Position numbers and translations under genes: made by a program. A DNA stretch of 64,000 nt from Eremomyces bilateralis CBS 781.70 (Eukaryota): assembly GCA_010015585.1 (NCBI GenBank), contig ML975151.1, one strand, 5' to 3'. Under the pieces are notes generated by a model. It was not told the origin of the DNA and ran no database searches. It saw only the letters and a list, made by a program, of their open reading frames with translations. Shown here in pieces: positions 50,001 to 62,964 of this stretch (its first letter is position 1; each line of letters begins with the position of its first letter).

Positions 50001-53000
50001 TCAGGGGAGTCGGACTCTGGCCACCCTGGCCACTGATTGGAGACGGATGACGCTATGTTCCCCGGCTTTGTCTTTCCACTCCTTCAAATGGAGAGGCATT
50101 ACTGGCTTCATAGGCCGATTTCTAGCTTCTCGTTTTTGGCACTCACCCTGGCCTCTACAAGGTCTTGCATCTGTGGGTAGACCGGTGTTTCTCCACTGCT
50201 AGAGCCAATGGGTCTCGAATCCCAAATATCTATTGTCGGTGTAGAAAACTGAGGAGAACGAAGAAGCACTGGCAGTTGAGATGCAGAAATTAACTATGTA
50301 GGAGAATTATGAATGCTAGATGAAGGTGGACTGACGCGCCGTTGAACAGAATGTTCAAAACGAAATTGTCAAAGTGCAAAGCGATGGTTCTGGCCTCGTT
50401 CATGAGACACCCCCTCGTCCCGCATCAGCGCATTTCGAAGATGAGGCCATACTGATAGTATGGCAGAGTGTCTGTAAGGAGACAAAGAACCTCAATCTTG
50501 ATCAGTTGAGCGCAGACGTACGTATTTCCGTAAAGAGGTAAGAGGAGGATGTCATTCATGTGTACCTAAACAGTGCTTACTCTCCCGTTCTTCCCCCTTC
50601 GGACCATCTAAGATCATACTTTTGTAAATACTACCAAGATTAGGATAGAATCGTTTCGCGGCATAAAGGATCCGAAAATTCCGCCTTCATTGCGCAATAT
50701 AATGAATGGGGGATGTCGTTAGCGCTGATGGTACATCCAGTGGAAATCTTGCCTGGACGACTATCGCTATTATTATTCCTCCTATTCATCTTATCCCTCT
50801 TATTAGGGATAGATGCTTACTACCCTGTGGTACAAGATCATGTATATCTAGGTATTGCTGTGCCCCAAGAAGAAAGTCGTCGATTGAGCTTAAGAGCTCG
50901 TAGGCCCTAGGGGCTTCCCGTAACGGTGTTCGAGACCTGCTTGCTTCAGTGGCCGGTGATATAAGATTTGACGACGGTAGAATCGGAATCGGAATCGGAT
51001 TTGGACTCGGCTGTGATCAATCAATCTTTCAATTGCAGTCGTGGGCTTTGCAGTACTCCGTTCTCAAGTCTTTGAGCATCCTCTCTTGCCCATCATCGAT
51101 CCTAAATGTAAACTATGGCGGGTATCTCAAAAGCCAATTTAATCTGGCATGAGCGTTCAGGCTAAGTTGAGGGCCGAACAGGTGGAGTGTCAGCAAACTG
51201 AGAAGTACAAGCCTGCCTACATCCATGGCCAGATCTATTGATGCTACTCTGTCGTCCACTATTCTCTTTCTCGTCCGAGTATCGTTAGACGTTGACTGGT
51301 GGCACTGTCAGCAAAACCTAACCCTTAGCTTACGAACAGTCGACGAGTTTGTCCGCCGGTAACGTTTCTGCCCATTCCAGTTTATACACAAACATTAATA
51401 CTTTCTCCTGGAGCTGTTTGGGTACGTGATGGCTTGGGCGTCTATTTCCACGCAAATGGATTGACTTGAGCTTGCTGATCTGACCAGCAGAGTCACAAAG
51501 GACTTATAGAGCTGTGAGATCCTGTAGATTCGCTAGTAGGCTTGGAGTTCGAAGGCCAAGTTCACCTGCGGTTCCAGTAGCGTGGAAGAAAGAGAAAAAG
51601 AACGAAAGGAAGTGGGATTGAGATCCTTGAATAGACGTCTAAGATTCGCGATTCGCAGCTCCATCACCTCTACATTCTCGCTAGGTTGTGGTATGGTTTC
51701 TTCCTCTGGTATGTCTGCTCCTGGAAGTAGTACGATGTCGGTGAGCAGGATGAACCGAGACTTCGCAAATCGCACAACAAGACAATCGTGAGCACTGACG
51801 AGTTCGCCCTCCACAACCTGGAGGACATCATCTCGTTAGTAGGTGCTGGGTGGTCCCGTCAAGCGTTCAGGGCAAAAATATACAAGTGGAAGCTGGAGCT
51901 CCTAAAACTTGGGCATCGAAAATATCGATATAGTGAAGGATATCAGAAAGAGTACTGAAGGCCGGATTTACGTCAATGTCATCTTCAATAGCACTTCCAA
52001 CGAACAGAACGCATGAGGGTTTGGTGGACCCTGGACCCATAATGGTTGGGCCGAATGGTACTGAGGTGACTCTGAGACGCAGTTCATAATTCAAGTATAC
52101 TGGAATAAACTCAGAAGGTATCTTATATGAAAACGGAAATCAAAGATGGCAGTGGATTCCATAAGTGCTATTCAGATGATCGAAGGACGTAAAATACAAG
52201 CTTTTGACTGAAGCAACAGAGTTCGGATTGAGATTGATCCCTTGAGAAGGGAAAAGTGGAAGGAAAGGAAGAACGAAAATTCTGAAAGAACATTTAAGTT
52301 CACATCGACTTAGCCATCCTCATCACGACTCGCAATTCACTAAAGTCATATGGTTACGGTGTACGTTCATCCGTTTGCTCAATGTGCCAGTCATTTTGGT
52401 CCGCATCAGGGGTCGTATTGTCCGTTTGTCAATCGGAGCTTACACAGAGCGTTGACCTGGGTTGACTTGTGGCCAAAGGACTGGAAATGGAAGAAAGACG
52501 AATATAACTAGACGGAAATGAAGGGCTCGAATTGATTGAAGTGAGAGGCCAATGGATAATGGAGACTGATGGATAGAAAGGCGGTGTCACGATGTATCAT
52601 GTGAAACTGATATCTGCGTACACCTTCCAGCTTGTGACAAAGTTGACTGGGAGACTGAGAACGTGGGCAACGCAACTCAAAGAAGCGAGAATGCGAGGCG
52701 CTGAGAGAGTGTGAGAGAGGGCAGGATCTGACTGAGTGTGTAGGATAAGTAAACGACCAGTGAGAATGCCTGAGCTGTATCCACCCTCATTCTTATTCCA
52801 ATCAAATCAGTGTGGTAATGACTGCAAAACAGTCGAGAGAGGAGCAGCCAACCAACAATTTGATCGTTAGGGCGTTGTCGAATGATGAGTGTATCTGAAG
52901 CGATGGACACTGAGAAAAGAACGGCTTAAGGTAGGTATGAGTGTGAAGGTAAAGGCGGTAAAGGTGATGAAGGTAAGGAAGGTAAAGAAGGAATGCTAAG

Positions 53001-53316
53001 GTTAGTTAAACTGAAGGTATATATCAAGTGCGAGTAGGATCGATTAAAGAACAATTCATTTGGCGTAGCAAGGTCCCTCCCTCTCTGCTGAAAAACTAAT
53101 ATGCGCAGGTTAGAAGGGATCCCGTAACATAGAGATTGTAATTATATGCGGACAGGATCGAGTCGATTCCGCAAGATATCCATCATGAATCTCATAGGAA
53201 AGCATAAACCTTGTCCGAACCAGTCGCAGAGCAGCGCACGCCTTTGAAAATGCCGTCAAATGAAGCATCGAATCATCCAGTAGTCATAACGGTCGTCCCC
53301 CCTCACTTCCTTCTCT

Positions 53317-54461
53317 TCATTTCTTCAAATAGTCCGACAAACTCCTGCTCCTCCGCCCCTTACTCCGACTCCGACTCCGATCCCTCCCCCTCTCATCATC
53401 TCNNNNNNNNNNNNNNNNNNNNNNNNNNNNNNNNNNNNNNNNNNNNNNNNNNNNNNNNNNNNNNNNNNNNNNNNNNNNNNNNNNNNNNNNNNNNNNNNNN
53501 NNNNNNNNNNNNNNNNNNNNNNNNNNNNNNNNNNNNNNNNNNNNNNNNNNNNNNNNNNNNNNNNNNNNNNNNNNNNNNNNNNNNNNNNNNNNNNNNNNNN
53601 NNNNNNNNNNNNNNNNNNNNNNNNNNNNNNNNNNNNNNNNNNNNNNNNNNNNNNNNNNNNNNNNNNNNNNNNNNNNNNNNNNNNNNNNNNNNNNNNNNNN
53701 NNNNNNNNNNNNNNNNNNNNNNNNNNNNNNNNNNNNNNNNNNNNNNNNNNNNNNNNNNNNNNNNNNNNNNNNNNNNNNNNNNNNNNNNNNNNNNNNNNNN
53801 NNNNNNNNNNNNNNNNNNNNNNNNNNNNNNNNNNNNNNNNNNNNNNNNNNNNNNNNNNNNNNNNNNNNNNNNNNNNNNNNNNNNNNNNNNNNNNNNNNNN
53901 NNNNNNNNNNNNNNNNNNNNNNNNNNNNNNNNNNNNNNNNNNNNNNNNNNNNNNNNNNNNNNNNNNNNNNNNNNNNNNNNNNNNNNNNNNNNNNNNNNNN
54001 NNNNNNNNNNNNNNNNNNNNNNNNNNNNNNNNNNNNNNNNNNNNNNNNNNNNNNNNNNNNNNNNNNNNNNNNNNNNNNNNNNNNNNNNNNNNNNNNNNNN
54101 NNNNNNNNNNNNNNNNNNNNNNNNNNNNNNNNNNNNNNNNNNNNNNNNNNNNNNNNNNNNNNNNNNNNNNNNNNNNNNNNNNNNNNNNNNNNNNNNNNNN
54201 NNNNNNNNNNNNNNNNNNNNNNNNNNNNNNNNNNNNNNNNNNNNNNNNNNNNGGAGGATAGCCTTCGTGGTCGCGGCCGTGGGGTGGGGGAGGGGGGTCA
54301 TAGGCGTCCCGTTCGCGTTCGCGTTGACGGGAACGGTGACGGGGACTGGGGGAGTATGGTGGTGGGTTGTCGTGGCGGTTATCGTAGCGGTCGTCGTAGC
54401 GGTCGTCGCGATGACGACGGGGTGGACCGGCGTCGTAGTCGTCGTAGTCGTGTCGAGCCAT
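53317..54461 (-). CDS. Arg/Asp/Ser-rich protein spanning the assembly gap (partial)
   Basis: N-terminus MARHDYDDYDAGPPRRHRDDRYDDRY...; the sequence left of the gap reads DDERGRDRSRSRSKGRRSRSLSDYLKK*. The middle is unknown. Confidence 0.55.
53403..54252. other. Assembly gap (850 N)
   Basis: Run of n characters. Confidence 1.
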
Positions 54462-55604
54462 CTTGGAGATTGATTGATGCTTTGGAATTGAGGTTAAGAG
54501 GTGAAGTTGGAGGAAGGATTGTTTTTTACAGGACTCAGGTTCAACTGAATTTGCAGGTCATGCAGGCAAAGTGGAGGGGAGTGTGGCTGTGGCACATGCA
54601 ACGGTCACAGTGCAGATCTGGTGCGTCATCAGGTGAGCTGGCGGGATATCTGATGGCGTCTCTGAAGTCTTAGGGAGATTTCGGGTTGGAGATTTGGAGG
54701 GGCAGGTGGGTTCCGGAAGAGCTGTCCCGCTGTTGGGATTAATTATGGGATTAATAAATGGTACATCATAATTCATAAGGGGCATGAATTGCCTTGTCAC
54801 CTGCATGAGGCATCGCTTTAGTCGTGATAGAAGCCGAGCGGAGGTTCAAAGATCTATAAATAATATTATTTAAAGCTTTGGTTTAGACATTTAAGGGGCA
54901 GGAACAAATACACGCGCCAAAGCAGGAACCGCAGCTTCAAGGAGAGATATTCTGGGATTGCCCTGAAGTTGACCATACCATGGGAAGTCTTTTCGCTTGA
55001 GTTATGGTATAGATACGGATCCATCGTGATCATACTTCCGTAATGTCCGCGCCGGGGCCTATCTCTCCCTTTCCTCGTCACCGGAGTAGCCCAGAAATTA
55101 TGTGGTACACTTCTTTTCCAGTCTACAGAGCTTAGAGATCAAGCTGTACGTCGACGTGGAGAGGGAGGACTATGATGATGTCTGGAACCAACGCCTAGTA
55201 CACAGCGCTCCTTGGGACTGTGAGCGATCGAAGAGGTGTTGGGACTTTGGAGGACTCCAGAGGATTGAAAACGTGGATAAGCTTATCCAGAACAGGATTC
55301 GCAACAAGATTTTGTACTGGGATAGTTGCATGTTCATAGTGCGAGAACAGAGACACCAATGGTCCTGATCACTGAACGGACCATTGGTATAACTTCAAAA
55401 TATGATCCGTACGGTACCAAGTAATCTGAACTGTAAATCCTCGGACCTGAATGAAAACGAGAAATCTGAACAACGGGGTATCCTCAACATTAAGCTCCAA
55501 TCCAGTGGAAGATCAAATGTCGACATCGTGAATCCCATCAAACCCATACGCACATCCGCGTATACATTCACTCTCCACAACACCACCATAATATCAAACT
55601 TCAC

Positions 55605-56445
55605 TCACGGGCTATAGGCCCCCGTCTCCTCTCCATCCCTCCCTTTCCTCCCCTTCCGATTCACCCTCTGCCCCTCCACCACCTCCGCATAACTCGTCCC
55701 CGCCTCCCCCTCACTCTCCACCCCCTCCTCATTCACCAGCAACGGCTCCTCCTCATCCGTCACGGGGGTCCGCTTCGTCCAGGGGATGCCCACGTTCGGG
55801 ATGGACATCTGCGGCACGGAGATGCGGGGGAAGTGGACAGTGGGGCGCGCCGGGCGGAGCTGGTGGTGGCAGTTAGGACATTCGGATGGGGTGAAGTGGC
55901 CGGCGAGGTATTTGAGTACCTGGTCGATGCCCAAGCCGAAGTAGAAGGTGTGGACGGCGAAGTAGAAGTGGATGAAGCTGTGGGGTGGGATCGAGGGTCA
56001 GCTTACATGGCATTCTGGGATGCGATGCGAATTGGCTGGAAACAAGGAACCCGTTTCGAAGAATGCGCGGCAAATGAGCGACGGATCAATGAAATCGCAA
56101 CCAGTCTCACAAATTCACCAGCAACGGAAACGTCGCATACGCCGCCAACATTGTCTGACTCCTCGTCACCCAAGTGAGATCCACCCACGTATACACCAGC
56201 ACTATCATCAGCCCCGTCGCAAGGACTGAGTCCACCACATAGAGGATCGCCGGATGCACCGGCGTCGCGTCCTCGCGCTGCTTCTTCCACTGGATTAGGA
56301 AGATCGCGAATACGGCGGATCCGGCGAGCGGGACGAGCCCCACGGCGGGGACGGCGCGCCCCGAGTTGATGCCATGGGCGAGGCAGAGAGGGAAGGCGGG
56401 GATGAAGGTTAGCGCCGTGAGGAGGCGGAGCGAGTGGTCGTTCAT
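55605..56445 (-). CDS. Hypothetical multi-pass membrane protein, 2 exons
   Basis: About 4 hydrophobic segments (LRLLTALTFIPAFPLCLAHG.., TMLAAYATFPLLVNF). Intron ~55978-56110, then FIHFYF..CPNCH and an acidic tail. Confidence 0.75.
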
Positions 56446-57190
56446 GGTCTCGTCGGGGGATATTACTGCAGTATTATCAGGTTGCGAGAGAGGGAGGGGA
56501 GGAGGCGCTGTTAATTCGGATATCGATTGTAAACGAACCCGCTGGTCAGGAGAATGTGTAGTGAGGTTGCACCCCAATTGATGCGGGGAACACTGGTGCC
56601 TGGAGGGATTCATCGGCGCTTTTGGCTACGATTTGGGAGAACGCCATGCTGCGGGGTGATCAGTGATGCCCTGGATTGCGGATAGGATAGAGAGATACTG
56701 TACTCTAGAGATAGCATGGCGGCGCGAATCAACTAGCGCGCAATCGTTGGATTGGATTCTAATCCCTACGTCGGCGGTAATGACCTTGTCTGCTGTTATG
56801 TGTCGATCCCTGATGTTGGAGCTTCATCATCAATGGAAGGATTGGAAGGACCGTGTATTGTGTATTGTGAATTCAAGAAGACTAGATGACGTTGAAAATA
56901 ACTAGACTCTCTCGTCAGGGTCTTCTCGTGAACAGAAGTTCGTCGTACAAATTACAATTGATATGCCCCTGAGGTCTTCCATTTTCCCCCTCCAACCTGA
57001 AACCACCACGTCCGTACCACCAAACCAAATCAGAGAATATGCAGATTGAGGCAACGGATCACTCTACCCGGTAAATATCATTCCACTCAAATAACAGCAA
57101 GATTCGAGAATATGAACCTCCAATGTCGCCTAGGGGATCTATATCACTTGAGACTATTCGTTCTCCTTACTCCCCGTGCTCCCTTTTCTC

Positions 57191-58951
57191 CTAATCCTCC
57201 TCAACAGTCATGAATTCCTCCTCGTCCACCGCATATTCTTCGGGCACTACGGGATTCAAGAAGTCCTTGTAGGGAGTAGCACCCTCATATAGGACCTCCT
57301 CGTTCACTGACGATTCCGATTCCGATTCCGAGTCCGAGTCTGACCTAGCACTCTGCGGTTCCTTATTACGAACCCAACGAAGCGCCCTATCGGGGTTATG
57401 GTCAAAGTTCGGGTCGCAGGCCAGGCTGCGGAATCTCCTACAGGGTTGCCGTTGCTGAGCCTCCTGTTTCTGGCCCTTCTCTTCTTCCGTTTTCCGCTCT
57501 ACGTTCACTAGGTATTTTATCGTGAGTTCCTTGTGATGCATGGCCTCCCAATCCGGGCTAGATGCTCGTAGCTGCCGCTTAAACCGCCGCTGGCAGGTTC
57601 CACCTAGGGGATCGCTGTTTTGGGATTTCGCGGTCCCGCTCTGAACCCCGAGCGTGGCCCAACTCTCCCGCCCGCTGTTCCGACTGGCTTCACGGCGGGC
57701 CCTCCGCAGGTTCCGGTCGTACTCCCGATCTTCTTGGACTTGGGCCCGGCGGACCGCTGCCACTTGTTCTTCGCTTTGGGTCAGCGTCTCCATGCTGTTG
57801 ATGGTGTCGCGCCAGACACGGATGTATCGGGCCGAGGTCTCGGGAGCGCGCAGGCGATCTCGTCGGTTGTTCTGGGCGACTTGCGCATCATCTACTTGGC
57901 CCTCTGCTAGAACTTCGCCGCCGTCGTGGGCGAGGTAGGAGGGTTGGTCGGGGGCTTCTAGAATCACACGGATTGCGTCGGCGGCGCGTTCGAGTTCGAA
58001 TCCGATGCGCTGGAAATGGTTAGCGATCACCAATGTCAATGGCGAATTAGCTAGGCATACTCTCTGCATGTTTAGCATTCCGGCATTGTTACCCGTGTAC
58101 ACTGGCAGCATCCAACTCTCGACTTGGAGTCCCCCCTGGGCAGCTTCTGGCTGGGTGTTTTCGCGCCGTGCTGAGGGTGTATCATTGACCAGGGCAGTTA
58201 GCCGTTCAGCCTCCCTATCTGCTAGATTTTGCCTCATATTCCGAGCCTCCTGATCTAATACATCGGCATCGGCATTACCCGCATTGTTACCACGCAACAT
58301 CCTTGCCTGCTCCTCCCGTAACCTAGCAGTTTCAAGTGTTCTGGCACGATTGAGTCCGGGGAGATTCCGGCCCCAATCTCTATTGCGACGCACGGTTTCC
58401 AACCTATCTATGATTCGATCGGTCCCCCTAGTATCCTCGGGATTGTTACTCTTAGGACTGTTTGACCTTCGGCGTTGCGAGGCTCGTTCCCCTTCAGCCT
58501 CATCATCGGCTGGGCGTTTGCATGGGCATACACCGACGCCTGCTGGCCCCCGTTCGCCTCGAGCTCCTTGCGCTCCCGGCTCCCCTTGTGGCCCCTGTTC
58601 GCCTCGAGGTCCTGGAGGCCCTTGATCCCCTTGATCCCCATGCTCTCCTTGTGGCCCTTGGGCACCCATAGATCCGGTCGCCCGTTGCGCTGCCTCTAGG
58701 GCTCCTTGTGACGAAGTTCGCGCCGCGGTGGCGTGTTTTTGCGCATCCTGTTCCGCCGTTCGGACACCATCTTCCACCATTCGGGCACCTCGCGCCGCTG
58801 TGGTCTGCTGTTGCGCCCCCTGTTCCACGGCTTGGGCTTCTCTTAGCGTTTGAGCTGCTGTCTTTCTGGGAGGCTTAGGGGGAGACTTAGTGAGCGTTTT
58901 ACCAGTCTTGGTGGGCGTTTTGCCAGTCCCGGTGGTCTTTTTAGGACCCAT
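57191..58951 (-). CDS. Collagen triple-helix repeat protein, no signal peptide
   Basis: 586-codon ORF with 16 consecutive G-X-Y triplets (58675-58532). Likely 51-nt in-frame intron at 58010-58060 (GTATGC..CTAAC..CAG). Confidence 0.7.
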   Translation of the reverse strand: MGPKKTTGTGKTPTKTGKTLTKSPPKPPRKTAAQTLREAQAVEQGAQQQTTAARGARMVEDGVRTAEQDAQKHATAARTSSQGALEAAQRATGSMGAQGPQGEHGDQGDQGPPGPRGEQGPQGEPGAQGARGERGPAGVGVCPCKRPADDEAEGERASQRRRSNSPKSNNPEDTRGTDRIIDRLETVRRNRDWGRNLPGLNRARTLETARLREEQARMLRGNNAGNADADVLDQEARNMRQNLADREAERLTALVNDTPSARRENTQPEAAQGGLQVESWMLPVYTGNNAGMLNMQRVCLANSPLTLVIANHFQRIGFELERAADAIRVILEAPDQPSYLAHDGGEVLAEGQVDDAQVAQNNRRDRLRAPETSARYIRVWRDTINSMETLTQSEEQVAAVRRAQVQEDREYDRNLRRARREASRNSGRESWATLGVQSGTAKSQNSDPLGGTCQRRFKRQLRASSPDWEAMHHKELTIKYLVNVERKTEEEKGQKQEAQQRQPCRRFRSLACDPNFDHNPDRALRWVRNKEPQSARSDSDSESESESSVNEEVLYEGATPYKDFLNPVVPEEYAVDEEEFMTVEED

Positions 58952-60324
58952 TTTGGTACAAGTAAATCAATTTTGTGCCAGTAGCAGCGGCCGATAGGTC
59001 AAGGGTCAAACTTGCGGTCGTCGTTGAGCCAACCGTGGGGTACTTGGCCTTCTGGAGAGGTTCAATGCTATGATTGCGAGAAAGATAGGTAGCGAAGAAG
59101 AAAAGAGATCGATCATACTGGAACCAATGGACTGGACCGATAGTTAGGAGAAGACGATCTCTTTGAAGGAAAAGGAAGCTTTGTTCTCGACTTGGACGAA
59201 AACGGAAGACTTGAGGGTAAGACAATGCATGTCATATGTAGAGGAAAGACAACGCTATTGAGAATTCGGAGTAACCTTCCCCCCTGCGTGATGGAACACC
59301 CGCTGTGCTGGAACGAATTCGAGGTACTTTGACTTCAAACCCACCCAGAGGCTCTATACACACTTTAATTCTCATAAATTCTCATAAAAATTGGTTTTCC
59401 AGCCATCTTAAACATCTGAGACTGTGTGAACCCTATAGATTACATAGCGTGGTCGCCGGTCGGCGGGTTTCAGGGCAGCACTTAGAATGTATCTTCGACG
59501 CTGAGATACTACGTCTATGCTCCAACGTCACCATCATCGTAGTTTCCTTTCAAAAAGTCATTAACGAATGACCCTAAATCATATAATCCCGCTGTAATGC
59601 TAGAAGTCCTTCATCCGGAGCATGCGTGGTGTTGGAAGCGGTCTTAGATATTTCGACTGCACAGGTCGGTACTGATAGCCGATTACACCGCCTCTTTCGG
59701 CGATCCATACAGTCACTGGATTGTTACATAATAGAAAGCTCTTTGTAAATTACAATGACTGAATCGGTCTCTCTAATCCTGCATTGGCAGACTAACGCTC
59801 TTGGGTGTCGCGGGGATTCCTGCGTAGAGGAAACCAGCGTGACACTCAGCCTTGTGTAACCGAACCTCTGCAGCCTTGTGCCAGATTACATTGTCCATGG
59901 TCGTCTCTTGGTATGTTACAGTACCTCACATGTGGTTCGAATTTCCCAGACCAGCCGTCATGATTCCTCGACATCGACGATCTGTCGATTCCTGCCATCA
60001 ACGATGCGCCTCTTAAAGCTCGACGGCAACGGCGGGTTCACCCAGGACGCACGCCGTTCCCAACCACTCCCTTCTGTTTCATCAAGCACCGTAGTGGACA
60101 AATTGCGCCCATTTCAGCGGCTGATTCCAGCCTACCTCTCTTTCCTCCCTCACACTCTCGTGTAAAAAGAATTCTTTTATCTAGATACCACCGTGTTTTA
60201 ATGCATCGGCCGTCCCGGCGGAGACCGCATTAGATATTATTTACATCGAAGCCATACCCTTCGCCCCTATCCTCAGTATCCAGAGTTCAACCGCGCCATA
60301 TCCCTAACGATTTCGACGGGACAT

Positions 60325-61063
60325 TTAGAGCTTCCCCCGTAACAAGTTCCCGATCATCTCCCGCGCGGTGGCGCGCGTAGTAGTCCATAGCGTCCCGAAG
60401 TCCAGCGTGCTCGTAAGCCCGTCCGCGAACCCGAAGAACAGCATCGGCGGGATCCAGCCGCGCGCGTACTCGAGCGCGAAGCAGCCCTCGGGCATCTTAT
60501 ATTGCTTAACGGTGCCGCGGACGAGGTGGTGCATGGAGCCCGGGGGGTAGACCTCGGGCTCGTAGACACCGGGACCTGGGGCGTAGGCGAGCTGAGTGCC
60601 GGAGAGGATCATGAAGTAGTCATCGGACGTGTGGCGGCCGCTGTGGCCTTCGGTGCCGACGGTGGAGCCGAAGATAATGAGGTACTCGGTGATGCCTTGG
60701 GACGGGTTAGCGTACCGTCTGATAGTTCGCCGGTTGCTTGTAGAGATGGTCAATGGCGAAAGTTGAAAACTCACTGGCATGGATGATGTGCATGGCACCC
60801 ATCGCGCCGCCCGCGTTATTGAACATCCACTCCTCGTGCACATTGACGTAGTTCAGGTGCTTCTCACGGAGCTCGTTAAGGATGTACGATACGATCTCCT
60901 TGGTGTTCTCCGGGCTGTGCGCGATCGCGCGCTGGGCGAGCTCGTGCAGCTCATTCTGATCGAAGATGTAGAACTTGTCCAGGTTCTTCTCGATGAGGTA
61001 GTACACAGGCAAGGCGATCGCCAGTAGGGCGCTGAGCTTGAAAAACCAGGAGGGGAGAGCCAT
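60325..61063 (-). CDS. ERG2: C-8 sterol isomerase (ERG2 / sigma-1 receptor family)
   Basis: [68 protein letters not shown]. Intron 60696-60774. Confidence 0.96.
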
Positions 61064-62732
61064 TGTCGCGAAGGCAGATGGGACCGGGAAATGGAGCGAG
61101 AAGAAACGAAAGTTGAGGAAAGGAGAGGGGCACGAAGCTGGTGTCCTGCGACTTAAAGAACGGCGGACCAGCAGAGCGCGCTTGGTGATCGGCTGGACGG
61201 ATGGGCGATGTAAAAAAATGTACGATCGACTCTCTCATATTTCTCAAGCCAGTGTAATTGACCTGGACGCTGGGCGGAGGTGCAACGGGTTGTCCATGCT
61301 GCTCTGGAACTGAGGTGGAGAGGATTGCGGCATGCCCGCGACCCGCGGATTCCACGCTCCCGATTCTCTATTTATCGCGCCCAGAGTACGAAGATCATCG
61401 GAAAAGGGATAGCGACACGGTTTAAGCAGAACGCGACAACCTTCCAGAGGGTTTCGATGGAGGTTCGACGCGATGATGGGCCCTGAATCTGGCAGGCCGC
61501 GCAATTCGGTACCTGAAGATGGGACCAGTTGCCACAAATGGCCCCAGACATCAAATGCAAGTGATGTAACTTAACTACAGGAAGTGTAACTAATCAAACA
61601 TCATTCCGATCCGGTTCCATGAAATCATTCAGTGTTTCTCAGCAACAGTGGTAGGAAGAGGTGATGCTACTGGGCCAATAAACGTTCCGCCACGCAGGGA
61701 AATCGTGGTGTTGCTAGGCACGAACGTGAGTTCCGTCCACACAGGGAGTTCTGCCCTAGCCAAAGCGTCGGCAAGGCTAGCAGCTCCGGAGAATTAGAGA
61801 GTTTAACCTGAGAGCGCCAGTTTACGCGAAAATAACTTATGCCATGTTCCCGTGACTGTTTGGATTGCTAAAAGCGGAAGTTTGCTCGGCCAGAAGTACT
61901 GAGCGGCGTGATGGAAAGATCTAAAATCGTTGGCAACACAGCGCATACTTTGAAGGAGGCATTAATACATGATAGCAGGACAATATAGCAAGAGATATCC
62001 TCCTTACGGGAATTTGAAAAGAGAATACGCAGGTGGTGGCATTGTAGCATAGAAAATACTGTTTCGGCGTTGAAGACATATTCCGAGTGATGTGCTAAAA
62101 TCGGCTCATCAGCAATCAGGCAGTTGTAATTTTGTGTTTCACAAAGTCTCGCATATTTCAAAGTGACTGAAAAATCTAGTGAATATGAAACTATAAGAAT
62201 TACAGTATGCCTGGAGCCTTTGGGCTGTTTTGAAGTCGAAGTAGCTCGATTTCGTTCCAGCATGAGGGATGTTCCATCACGCCGGGGGGGAGGTTAGTTA
62301 ACGAGCAATGAACCAAATAGTGTAGACATATTGTGGAATAGACTCTAGACATCGTCACCAAACTTGTGGCCGTATACAAGACGCCTATGGTAAGTATGTC
62401 TAATGAGGATAGCAGTTAAACCGATTGCAATTGAGCATATTCGTAAACTCCCCATGAGTCAAGCGTATTCACTAGCCATTTCCGTAACGAGACTAGAATT
62501 CTGGTTTGGGATGAGGCTCGATTCTTTTGTTCGGTTGCCCAGTCGGCCGTCGACTCCGCATGCGGTACTTGAAACAAAGAAAATAATGAAGAGAGACGCC
62601 AACCCCTCCACAAAAAGGATGCACACCAGAATTTAGGCCTTGAATCCATCATGAGCTTGGCCGGATTCATACTTCTCTATTGGAATAGCTGATAACGAGT
62701 GGGATAGTGGTAGGGGGTTTCTCTTGCTTATT

Positions 62733-62964
62733 CATCCAGGTCAATCACCGGATCTCAATTCAATGGAAGCAATTTGGTAGATCATTAAGTAACGATTACG
62801 TCGTGGATCCTAGCGTACAGTGAGGGAGTTCAAAGAGGTGGTTCAGACCGAATGGGACCGAATTACACTGAGCCAGATCCAAAAAATGGATCTCAGAGAT
62901 GCGATGGCGATGCGATCAAGTTATTAAGCTAGAAGGAAATCATATCCAAAATGATTTGTGGTAG
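62733..62964 (+). mobile_element. Degenerate Tc1/mariner transposase C-terminal fragment
   Basis: HPGQSPDLNSMEAIW*IIK*RLRRGS*RTVREFKEVVQTEWDRIT..ISEMRWRCDQVIKLEG matches the SPDLNPIE..W..K..W..I..M..R..VI..G pattern. Contains stops and a frameshift. Confidence 0.8.

Noticed and set aside
53211..54473. 300-420 aa ORFs made mostly of X
   Set aside because: Artefacts of the N gap.
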